Below the pieces are notes generated by a model. The model had not been told where the DNA came from. It did no database searches and saw only the letters and a list, made by a program, of their open reading frames with translations. DNA of 64,000 bases, taken from assembly GCA_009773475.1 (NCBI GenBank), contig WSXV01000003.1:91179-155178 (forward strand). The letters run 5' to 3'. The stretch is from Desulfobulbaceae bacterium. Lineage in GTDB: Bacteria > Desulfobacterota > Desulfobulbia > Desulfobulbales > Desulfocapsaceae. Shown piece by piece: positions 41,667 through 49,811 of the stretch. A program made the position numbers and the translations under genes. Numbering within the stretch: position 1 is the stretch's first letter; each line of letters starts with the position of its first letter.

Positions 41667-41837
41667 GGTGAAACTCCTTGCTTTAAGTGTGTGGGAGAAA
41701 GCTTTATCTGGCCTTGAAGGCATTGTTAGGATTGGGACAGGCCCTTTCTCTCATGGTTCTTTTGTTTACTCTTCTTTCGAAGATGCGTCAATTCTCGGCA
41801 GTGATGATTCCCCGAAAAGTTATCGAATGGGAGTTTT

Positions 41838-41942
41838 CTGCAAAATGACCAAGCCATCATTCTCGAGTGCCTTTGTCGGGAATAATCCCTCCTCCTGAAG
41901 TTCGTACGGGGTGGAGTTGTTTCCTGTTGCGGGAATGACAGC
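41838..41942. repeat. MITE/REP-like element (family M), copy 1
   Basis: CTGCAAAATGACC...CATCATTCTCGAGTGCCTTTGTCGGGAAT...GCGGGAATGACAGC. It has the same architecture as 53060-53159, including inverted termini. Confidence 0.7.
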
Positions 41943-42010
41943 GGGGGTGGACCTTGTTCGTCATTCCACAGGAAAATCATGCCTTCTTCCTCTCTTCCCG
42001 ATATCCTTCC

Positions 42011-43360
42011 ATGCCAATCCTGACCGTCTCCTCCGATTGTCTGCTCACCGGTCTCTCCCTTCCTCTGGAAAAGGCCATCAAAGAACGGCTGACCATCGAT
42101 AATCCCAAGTTTATCTCGGCCAAACGCTATGGCCGTTGGGTGGGCAAGAAGTTGCTGCCAACTTTGAAGTATTATGAGCCGGTACCCACCGGGCTCCGTT
42201 TCCCGCGCGGGTTTGCCAATCAGGCGATTCTGCTTTGCCGAGAATACCTGCAGGAGACCCCTGAGATTGTGGAGCAGCGGCGGCTATTGCCGGAAGTGGA
42301 ATATTGCTTCAGCGGCTCCCTGCGGCCCTATCAGGAGCGGGCGGTGGCCGAGGTCTCGGGGCGATCGTTCGGGGTACTGGAGGCCGGGACCGGCAGCGGC
42401 AAGACGGTGATGGCCCTGGCCATCATTGCGGCCCGCCGCCAGCCCACCCTGATTATTGTCCATACCAAAGAGTTGTTGTATCAGTGGCAGCAGCGAATAG
42501 AAGAGTTTCTGGGCAGAAGCCCCGGCCTTGTCGGTGACGGTCGGCTCGATGTGCGGCCGATCACCGTGGCCATTGTCAACAGTGCCCGCAAGCAGGTCAA
42601 CGAACTTGTCCCTCTCTTTGGTCATCTCATCGTTGATGAGTGTCACCGGGTGCCGGCAGCCTTGTTCACCGATGTGGTCAGTCGCTTTGACTGTCACTAT
42701 CTGCTTGGGCTTTCCGCCACCGCTTTCAGAAGCGACGAAGGGACAACCCGGCTGATTTCCATCTTCATGGGAGATTGCCTTCATCAGGTCAATCAGGCCC
42801 AGCTGCAGGCGACCGGCGCCATTGTCAAGCCGGAGCTGATCCGTCGCAAAACCACCTTTACCCATCCCTATAACGGGGATTATCACGCTTTGATCACCGC
42901 TTTGGTCTCTCATCAGGGCCGCAATCTTCAGATCGTCGAGGACATTGTGCAGGCGGCAGGCCGCCCGCAATCAGGCGTCCTGTTGGTGGTGTCGGATCGG
43001 GTCAGTCATTGCGAGATTTTTGCCGGTCAGCTTGCGGCGCGAGGGCTCGCGGTGGCGCTGCTCACCGGGCAGACCCCGCCGGAAAAAAGGGCCCAGATCG
43101 TGCGGGAGGTGCAGGCCGGCGAGCTGCGGATTCTAGTGGCCACCCTCCAGCTTATCGGAGAAGGCTTTGACTGTTCCGACCTGAGCACCCTTTTTCTGAC
43201 CACCCCGATTACCTTTGAAGGCCGCCTCCTCCAGGTGCTGGGAAGGATCATGCGGCCGTCTGCCGGCAAGCTGCCCATGGTCTATGACTATGTGGATGAG
43301 CAGGTGGGAGTCCTGCGGCGTTCTGCGGAAGGTCGAAAGAAGGTGCTGGCCGCCCTGTAA
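42011..43360 (+). CDS. superfamily 2 DEAD/DEAH-box helicase (type III restriction Res-like core)
   Basis: LRPYQ (Q motif region), Walker A AGTGSGKT, DECH box, SAT, and helicase C motifs (ATLQLIGEGFD, QVLGRIMR). The start is placed at MPILTV, downstream of the repeat. Confidence 0.8.
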   Translation: MPILTVSSDCLLTGLSLPLEKAIKERLTIDNPKFISAKRYGRWVGKKLLPTLKYYEPVPTGLRFPRGFANQAILLCREYLQETPEIVEQRRLLPEVEYCFSGSLRPYQERAVAEVSGRSFGVLEAGTGSGKTVMALAIIAARRQPTLIIVHTKELLYQWQQRIEEFLGRSPGLVGDGRLDVRPITVAIVNSARKQVNELVPLFGHLIVDECHRVPAALFTDVVSRFDCHYLLGLSATAFRSDEGTTRLISIFMGDCLHQVNQAQLQATGAIVKPELIRRKTTFTHPYNGDYHALITALVSHQGRNLQIVEDIVQAAGRPQSGVLLVVSDRVSHCEIFAGQLAARGLAVALLTGQTPPEKRAQIVREVQAGELRILVATLQLIGEGFDCSDLSTLFLTTPITFEGRLLQVLGRIMRPSAGKLPMVYDYVDEQVGVLRRSAEGRKKVLAAL

Positions 43361-43571
43361 GGGGGTTTTGTCGCTCTTTTAGCTATTTCCTTGCATGGGG
43401 CGATTTTCTCTGGTATAAAGTAGTGTTTTTTTGGTGTGTTCTGTCTGGTTATGTTCAGTCTGAAGAAGATATTCATGGAATGCGAATGGCTTCTGAATCA
43501 AATCTGAATGAACCGGCTTTAGAGAGTAATGCAGAGTTGTCACGAAAAGGATAACTGCGTGATTATCAAAA

Positions 43572-43601
43572 AGCACTCGTCTTCTTACGGGTGCTTTTTT
43601 T
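43572..43601 (+). terminator. intrinsic terminator 44 nt upstream of typA
   Basis: AGCACTCGT-cttctt-ACGGGTGCT (9 bp including one G-U) followed by TTTTTTT. Confidence 0.65.
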
Positions 43602-43644
43602 ATTTTGATCCTCAAGGATCCTGTGCAGGATCAAGGAAAGGAAA

Positions 43645-45447
43645 ATGAAACAGGAAAAAATTCGTAACGTCGCTATTATCGCCCATGTTGATCATGGTAA
43701 GACCACCCTCGTTGATCAGCTTTTTAAATATTCCGGAATGTTCCGGGAAAATCAGGATGTGGCCGAAAGGCTGATGGATTCAGGGGATCTGGAGCGTGAG
43801 CGCGGCATTACCATCACCGCCAAGAATGGCTCCTATCAGTATGAGGATTTCTCCATCAACATCATCGACACCCCCGGCCATGCCGATTTCGGTGGTCAGG
43901 TTGAACGGGTGCTGCAAATGGCCGATGGCGCCCTGCTCCTCGTCGATGCCCAGGAAGGGCCCATGCCCCAGACCTATTTTGTTCTGAAAAAGGCCCTGCA
44001 GAATCATCTGCCGGTGATCGTGGTGATCAACAAGATTGATAAGCCGGCGGCCCGCTGCCCTTGGGTTCTCGATCAGGTCTTTGATCTTTTCGTCAAGCTC
44101 GATGCTCCCGATGCAGTCCTTGATTTTCCCGTGGTTTATGCCTCCGCCAAGGAAGGCTATGCCCTTGCCGATTATGATGATCCGAAAGAGGGTGGCATGG
44201 GGATGCAGATCATCTCCAAGATGATCACCGAGCATATCCCAGCCCCCACCGGCTCCCCCGATGCCCCCCTGCAGCTGCAGGTGAGCACCATTGATTATTC
44301 TCCTTATCTCGGACGTCTCGGGATCGGCAAAGTCGTCAACGGCACCATTGCCATCAATCAGCCCCTGGCGGTGGCCCGTCGCGACGGCACCATCAAGCCG
44401 GTGCGGATCTCCAAGATCTATCGTTTTGAATCCGATGGCAAGGTGCCCATCGATAGCGCCGGTGTTGGCGAGATCGTGGCCGTGGCCGGCATGGATGATG
44501 TGACCGTGGGGGTGACCTTCACCAGTCTCGATAATCCCATGCCCCTGCCCTTGATTGCCATTGATCCGCCCACCATCTCCATGAATTTTATCCCCAATGA
44601 TTCTCCCTTTGCCGGCAAGGAAGGCAAATTCGTGACCTCCCGCCATATTGAAGAGCGTCTGTCCCGTGAGGTCCTGGCTGATGTCGCCCTCCATTATGAG
44701 CCTTTGACCGATGCCGTCGGGTATCGGGTGTCGGGGCGAGGCGAGCTGCATCTCTCCATCCTTATCGAGAAGATGCGCCGGGAAGATTATGAATTCCAGG
44801 TGACCCGTCCCGAGGTTATTCTGAAAGAAGAAAATGGCAAAATCCTCGAGCCTTACGAGTCCCTCACCATCGATGTGGATGAGCGTTACCAGGGCGCGGT
44901 CATCGAAAAACTGGGCAGACTGAAAGGGCAGATGGAAGAAATGACCACCGGTCACGGCGGCCTGGTGCGGATGCTGTTCAAGATCCCGACCCGCGGCCTG
45001 CTTGGCTATCGTTCTCAGTTCATGACTGATACCAAGGGCATGGGGATGATGAGTTATGTCTTCGCCTCGTATGGTCCCTATGCCGGTGAGATCAAAAATC
45101 GGATCAATGGCGTCCTTCTGGTTATGGATCCCTGTACCGCCGTGGCCTATGCCCTCTTTAATCTGCAGGAGCGGGGGACTCTCTTTATCAATCCCGGCGT
45201 GCCCTTGTACACGGGCCAGATTATCGGTGAGAATGCCCGGGTCGGAGATATGGTGGTTAATCCCGGCAAGGGCAAGAAGCTCACCAATATGCGAGCCTCC
45301 GGTACGGATGAGGCAATAATCCTGACCCCACCCCGGGTCTTGACCCTCGAGGATTGTATTGCCTATATCAATGATGATGAACTGGTAGAGGTGACGCCAA
45401 AATCAATCCGTCTGCGCAAAAGAGGAAGCGCGCGACTCGGAAGGTAG
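43645..45447 (+). CDS. typA: translational GTPase TypA/BipA
   Basis: IRNVAIIAHVDHGKTTL, DTPGHADF, NKID, and EF-G-like domains. Confidence 0.95.
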   Translation: MKQEKIRNVAIIAHVDHGKTTLVDQLFKYSGMFRENQDVAERLMDSGDLERERGITITAKNGSYQYEDFSINIIDTPGHADFGGQVERVLQMADGALLLVDAQEGPMPQTYFVLKKALQNHLPVIVVINKIDKPAARCPWVLDQVFDLFVKLDAPDAVLDFPVVYASAKEGYALADYDDPKEGGMGMQIISKMITEHIPAPTGSPDAPLQLQVSTIDYSPYLGRLGIGKVVNGTIAINQPLAVARRDGTIKPVRISKIYRFESDGKVPIDSAGVGEIVAVAGMDDVTVGVTFTSLDNPMPLPLIAIDPPTISMNFIPNDSPFAGKEGKFVTSRHIEERLSREVLADVALHYEPLTDAVGYRVSGRGELHLSILIEKMRREDYEFQVTRPEVILKEENGKILEPYESLTIDVDERYQGAVIEKLGRLKGQMEEMTTGHGGLVRMLFKIPTRGLLGYRSQFMTDTKGMGMMSYVFASYGPYAGEIKNRINGVLLVMDPCTAVAYALFNLQERGTLFINPGVPLYTGQIIGENARVGDMVVNPGKGKKLTNMRASGTDEAIILTPPRVLTLEDCIAYINDDELVEVTPKSIRLRKRGSARLGR

Positions 45448-45893
45448 GTTGCTGAGACTCCCCGCAAGGCTCTACGGTTTTAATTTTCCATTCCTGCAGG
45501 CAGGAACAGCGAAGATTGAGTGTTGTTGAGAGTAAACGAAGGGGGCAGAGTATTTTTCCTGGGTTTTTGGCGAAGAGTATTCTGTTCCCGCCATTCAAAG
45601 ACAACTTACCGATAGAAGTCATGAAAAACGTTCTTTTCCTGATCGTCTCCGGGCTGGTGGGAGTCGCCACCTTTGCCGTCATTGCCAGGAAATTTGGCAG
45701 CAACTGCCTTCCCTGACTGATGATGTATGGCTCCATCGGGATGGGGCTTTTTATCTTCTGGATCCTGCGGACCTTGTTTTAAAGGGCTGTTTGCAACAAC
45801 TCGTTCCAACTGCACCACCCCCAACCCCCTCCTCAACAAGGCGGGGGCTTTTTTTTGCCCGGTTCGTGACTTCCCCCCAACGTCCCCTAATCT

Positions 45894-45933
45894 CAAGCCC
45901 CCTCCTTTTTTCAAGGAGGGGGGTGGGGGTGGT
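45894..45933 (+). repeat. GC-rich hairpin related to element A
   Basis: CAAGCCCCCTCCTTTTTTCAAGGAGGGGGGTGGGGGTGG. ACCACCCCCAACCCCCTCCT at about 45805-45824 is its inverted partner. Confidence 0.6.
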
Positions 45934-45947
45934 TTTTCTTCCCGACC

Positions 45948-46391
45948 TTACGCACCATTTTCTCTTTTAATTCTTCCGGCAGCAAAATAATCCGCCAGGA
46001 TCTTGCCATGATCAAAGGCCAGATCGGGAAGATTGTCCTCGGAAAACATGTCGGCCTCGGCAGCATCGTCTCCTGCCTTGGGTGCACCTTCAGCCTGGGC
46101 GATAAAGACCGTGGACGCGGTGTGCTGGCGGGGATCACGTCCGGGATCGGAATAGGTGTGAAACTGTCGCAGGCCTTGCACCGTCAAGCCGGTTTCTTCC
46201 TGGGCTTCGCGGGCCGCCGCCGTTTCAAAGGACTCGCCATAATCGACAAACCCGCCCGGCAAGGCCCAGCCGTATGGTGGGTTTTTACGTTTGATAAGGA
46301 CGATTGCCTCACCGATCTCAATGATGATATCAACCGTGGGAACCGGATTGCGAAAACTGGGAATCTTGGTGTGGCAGTGTGGACAGTTCAT
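45948..46391 (-). CDS. NUDIX hydrolase with N-terminal zinc-ribbon
   Basis: MNCPHCHT start and NUDIX box [24 protein letters not shown]. Confidence 0.85.
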   Translation of the reverse strand: MNCPHCHTKIPSFRNPVPTVDIIIEIGEAIVLIKRKNPPYGWALPGGFVDYGESFETAAAREAQEETGLTVQGLRQFHTYSDPGRDPRQHTASTVFIAQAEGAPKAGDDAAEADMFSEDNLPDLAFDHGKILADYFAAGRIKRENGA

Positions 46392-46414
46392 AAATGAGGA
46401 ATTCAGGGTAAAGG

Positions 46415-46461
46415 TTTGCAAGTAAATAATCTGCGAAAGGCACGACTCCCGTTCATCGGGG
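46415..46461 (+). repeat. hairpin-element family H, right-half copy
   Basis: TTTGCAAGTAAATAATCTGCGAAAGGCACGACTCCCGTTCATCGGGG aligns with the right half of copy 46988-47064. Confidence 0.7.
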
Positions 46462-46604
46462 TCTAGCCATTACTAGAAATCAGGGTTATCGGCATTATAT
46501 TGAAGCGGGCCCAGGAGTCAAGGGCTAAGCCGGTTGCGCGGCCCTTCCAGAGGGGAGTTTCCCTGCGGTGAGAGGGCGACAGCGTGACGAATGGAGCGGG
46601 TAAA

Positions 46605-46643
46605 GGCGGGTGAAGAGAAATTCTCTTCACCCGCCTTTTTTTT
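46605..46643 (+). terminator. strong orphan intrinsic terminator
   Basis: GGCGGGTGAAGAG-aaatt-CTCTTCACCCGCC followed by T8. There is no plus-strand CDS upstream. Confidence 0.8.
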
Positions 46644-46987
46644 GGCAAAAAATATTCCGTCTCATGGTTAACGACCGTCTATGGAAGCGGGATACTGCGA
46701 TTATTTCTGACAAGATCAAAAACAGCCCTGGCCGATTTGATTCAATTAAAACAATCTTTAAATCAAAACTAAATTTTACCTTGGTAAATGTAATGAAAAG
46801 AAAAACAAACAAATCAAATTTTGATGAAAACAAAATAATTTTCAAATCATAACTAAATTTTCGGGTGGTAAAAAGAAGTGAGAAAGGAAAATGGTCTGAA
46901 GAAGTGAAGTGTATTTTTGAGAGGGATTGAAATTTGCTTGATACCGCCAACCCTGTCGCGAGGCAGGGACGGAAAACTGCGGATCTC

Positions 46988-47064
46988 TTAGTGACTTACA
47001 GATTGTTTTCTTGTTTTTTTACAAGAAAACAATCTGCGAAAGACACTTATCCCGTTCATCGGGG
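46988..47064 (+). repeat. hairpin-element family H, full copy inside the PEP-CTERM gene leader
   Basis: TTAGTGACTTAC, then a perfect 16-bp stem (46999-47014 / 47021-47036) with a T6 loop, then GCGAAAGACA, then CCCGTTCATCGGGG. Confidence 0.85.
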
Positions 47065-47153
47065 TGAGGGAGACAGCCGGGTCGCTCAAATCGTTCGTGT
47101 CGTTCGATTTGAGTATCAGCTCCGAGGTTAAAAAATTGTAACGGAAGGGGATT

Positions 47154-47723
47154 ATGATGAAAAACATGAAAGGGGTTTTGCTGGTGATGGGTGCTTTATC
47201 GTTAGGAATGGTGGCTGTCGCTCCTGCCGCGGCCTCAAGTTCTGTTGAGCAGAGCTGGGTTTGGTCTGGAACTGGAAATGCTATGCTTTTTGATATGGAC
47301 TCAACGCATACAGATGCTGATGACTTTTTTAAACTGGTCATTGGAACAAACTCATTGACTGCGATTTCTCAGGGTCATTTTATTGCACAGTTTATTCAGC
47401 CACAAATGTCTGCAATCAGCTTTGAAGTTTCGGCCGCACCGGTGGTGTCACCCGCAATCCCATTGGAATACGGTTTTTCCTTCACGGACGGAGCGCATAC
47501 CTATTACACCTATTCTGTAGAACAGATATCCACCACCTCGTATGTGCTTCGTAATAGCGATACAGGGATGGCCATCAGTTATCAGGGTCGTAATATCAGC
47601 TATCAGGCTCAAAATGTCCCCCCCAGCGCTGTGCCCATTCCTGGTGCTGCCCTGTTGCTGGGCTCCGGGCTGATGGGAATACTGGGGATTGGCCGCTCTA
47701 AAAAGAAAAAACAACTTGTTTAG
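47154..47723 (+). CDS. PEP-CTERM-type sorting-domain secreted protein (VPIPGA variant), paralogue 1
   Basis: Signal peptide, then C-terminal VPIPGAALLLGSGLMGILGIGRSKKKK (motif, TM helix, basic tail). Confidence 0.8.
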   Translation: MMKNMKGVLLVMGALSLGMVAVAPAAASSSVEQSWVWSGTGNAMLFDMDSTHTDADDFFKLVIGTNSLTAISQGHFIAQFIQPQMSAISFEVSAAPVVSPAIPLEYGFSFTDGAHTYYTYSVEQISTTSYVLRNSDTGMAISYQGRNISYQAQNVPPSAVPIPGAALLLGSGLMGILGIGRSKKKKQLV

Positions 47724-47775
47724 GATTCTGGTTATGAAGGAAGATGTTGTTGTCGCACTTCGGTTCTCAATAGTC

Positions 47776-49158
47776 GTTTGGGAGCCGGAGGCAGCTGCAG
47801 CAGAAATGAAAGATAATCTTTGAGCAGAAGACAGAGCCTCCCTGTTTAATCTGAAAAGGATAGTTTATGGATACTAAAAGAGAACAACTGGATCGTCTGC
47901 TTGCTGATTACAATTGTAAGAATCCTGAAGGATTGATAGGTGAAAACGGCTTGCTGAAACAGATCACCAAGATCATCCTGGAGCAGGCCCTCCAGGATGA
48001 TCTCATTCACTTGGGTGATCAAAGAATGAGCCCTTTAAGCCCGCAAGGCGGGCGAGACCGTAATGGTACTACCAAACCTCTTATCGGCAATTTTGGCAAG
48101 CCGCGGAGTGTTCCGCCCCATGAGAGTGACCTTGTTTCCGCTCCGGCTCTTCTTGTCCATAGGCCAGCTTCCCCTGTTGATGTGAATGATAAGATCATCG
48201 CCCTCTATGTTCGGGGAATGTCCCCCGTTGAGATCCAGGGGCATTTGAAGAAAGTGAGTGGCATTGATGTTTCCGCCGGCACGATCTCAGCGTTTACCGA
48301 GTCCGTTGCCAGTGAACTGAAAAGCTGGCGGAATCGTCCTCTCGAAGGCCTCTATCCCATCGTTTATATTGATTTTGTGCGAGCGAAAGTCCTTGATAAA
48401 GGGCTGGTCGTCACAAGAGTGGTTTGTCTGGCCATCGGGATTGCCATGGATGGTGTCAAAGATGTTCTTGGGATGTGGGTGGGGGAAAATGAGGGCGCTG
48501 ATTTTTGTCGAAGGGTGCTGGCTGAGCTGAAAAATCGTGGTGTTCACGACATGCTCATTGTCTGTGTCGATGGTCCGCTCGAATTGTCGGAGACCGCGAA
48601 GATGGTGTTGCCTGATGTTCAGGTCCAGCCATATGTAGCCTCGATGGTGCGTAATTGTTTGAAATATGTCTCCTGGAAAGAGCGGAAAGAGATGGTTTCA
48701 GATCTCAAGGCAATTTATCAAGCAGCCACATCCGAGCAGGCCCAGTGCGAGCTGAATGCCTTTGCGAAAAAATGGGACGAGTCGCATCCCGCCATCAGTC
48801 AGGCCTGGCGACGGAACTGGGAGCGTATTCTCCCCTTATTTACCTATTCAGAAGATGTCCGCAAGGTGATTTATACAACCAACACAATAGAATCACTGCA
48901 TATGGCTCTTTGCAAGGTGACCAAGGATCGGAGGGCATTTCCCGATGATCTCCGGCTGTTACAACTGCTTTATTTGACCCTGAATAACGCTACAAAAAAA
49001 TGGTCCATGCCGGTGAGAGACTGGAAGGCCGCATTGAATCGGTTTTCCATTTTGTTTGGCGATAGAATGCCGGTTTATTGAACATTAAAAAAAGTCATTT
49101 ACACAAAAAACATTTGCAGACCCGGGAGGCTTCTTGTAGATAATCGCTCCCACCAAAC
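47776..49158 (+). mobile_element. IS256-family insertion sequence (boundaries approximate)
   Basis: Transposase ORF flanked by imperfect inverted segments: GTTTGGGAGCC...GATAATCT...AGCCTCCC on the left and GGGAGGCT...AGATAATC...GCTCCCACCAAAC on the right. No target-site duplication was seen. Confidence 0.5.
47867..49081 (+). CDS. IS256-family (Mutator-type) transposase
   Basis: YPIVYIDFV (D1), VCVDG (D2), YTTNTIESL (E), and MVRNCLKYVSWKERKE. The central N-terminal region is divergent from typical IS256 transposases. Confidence 0.85.
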   Translation: MDTKREQLDRLLADYNCKNPEGLIGENGLLKQITKIILEQALQDDLIHLGDQRMSPLSPQGGRDRNGTTKPLIGNFGKPRSVPPHESDLVSAPALLVHRPASPVDVNDKIIALYVRGMSPVEIQGHLKKVSGIDVSAGTISAFTESVASELKSWRNRPLEGLYPIVYIDFVRAKVLDKGLVVTRVVCLAIGIAMDGVKDVLGMWVGENEGADFCRRVLAELKNRGVHDMLIVCVDGPLELSETAKMVLPDVQVQPYVASMVRNCLKYVSWKERKEMVSDLKAIYQAATSEQAQCELNAFAKKWDESHPAISQAWRRNWERILPLFTYSEDVRKVIYTTNTIESLHMALCKVTKDRRAFPDDLRLLQLLYLTLNNATKKWSMPVRDWKAALNRFSILFGDRMPVY

Positions 49159-49811
49159 ATATGAGGCTCTCGGAGTCTCATGTTAAATAATTTCACTATC
49201 TCTTTTTCGCTTTGCCTTCATTTCTTGTTTCCTCTTTGCTTGTTCCCGTCAATTTTTCCTCCTTGCTGTTTCAAAACGAAATTGTCAGGCATTTTGAGAC
49301 CTGCCAGAATGCAGGAATCTCAATTCCACCCGAGTCTCTCATACTTTTTCAATAGAAAATTATTAGAATACGATTAAGAATTCATACTTTTGTCGTATTG
49401 CGCGGCTTGCCTGGCAAGTGTAGTTTGTCTGGATCTTTGCAAAATTGCATATGCAAATTATGCGGAGTTGATAATTCATATTGACAAAGGGGAGGGCCTG
49501 ATTTAAGTAGTCTCCCCCTTGTAAGTATTATTGAATCATCGGGAGATGCAGGTTTGAGCTGGTTTTGCTTCTCTCTCATTTACAGGGTATGAGTCTGACC
49601 TGTCGTGTTGACCTTTAATTTGATTTTTTTTAATCTATTCTGGGCGTTGGGCAGGAAAAAAATAATAAGTTTGATACCGCCAAACCTGTTGTGAAGCAGG
49701 GACGGAAAATTACGGATCTCTTGTCAAGAGACAGCCGAATCGTTCGAATGGGTTAATGGTGTTCTATTCGAGTATCAGTACTGTCTTTCATATTTTTATG
49801 AGGAGGTTCTG

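Noticed and set aside
41954-42010. Longer helicase ORF starting at 41954, and similarly the 57215 start for the epimerase, 38137 for hemH and 9683 for the NUDIX gene.
   Set aside because: The upstream extensions overlap repeat element M or the preceding gene. They lack RBSs and add non-conserved residues. Internal ATGs with an SD sequence and canonical N-terminal motifs were preferred.
43780-44955. Long antisense ORFs opposite conserved genes: 391 aa opposite typA, 382 aa at 60459-61607 opposite manC, 279 aa at 35027-35866 opposite glnN, 238 aa at 22486-23202, 216 aa at 438-1088 and 228 aa at 42284-42970.
   Set aside because: Each lies entirely within a strongly recognisable gene on the other strand. 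Their composition is biased (Gly/His/Arg/Pro-rich) and they match no recognisable motif. They are typical shadow ORFs of moderately GC-rich coding DNA.
46462-46604. Known riboswitch classes (c-di-GMP-I/II, guanidine-I ykkC, TPP, yybP-ykoY Mn, cobalamin, ZTP) for the region before the orphan terminator.
   Set aside because: By eye, none of the conserved cores is present (for example GACGCAAAGC, CTGAGA, GGGGAGTAG, GCCACTG). No downstream gene on the same strand could be regulated. This needs cmscan to be definitive.
49445-49456. A 12-bp perfect palindrome TTGCATATGCAA, and other short hairpins, in the AT-rich 49081-49660 spacer.
   Set aside because: It is short enough to arise by chance in AT-rich DNA. 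It is not repeated elsewhere in the window and there is no adjacent regulator gene. Noted only.
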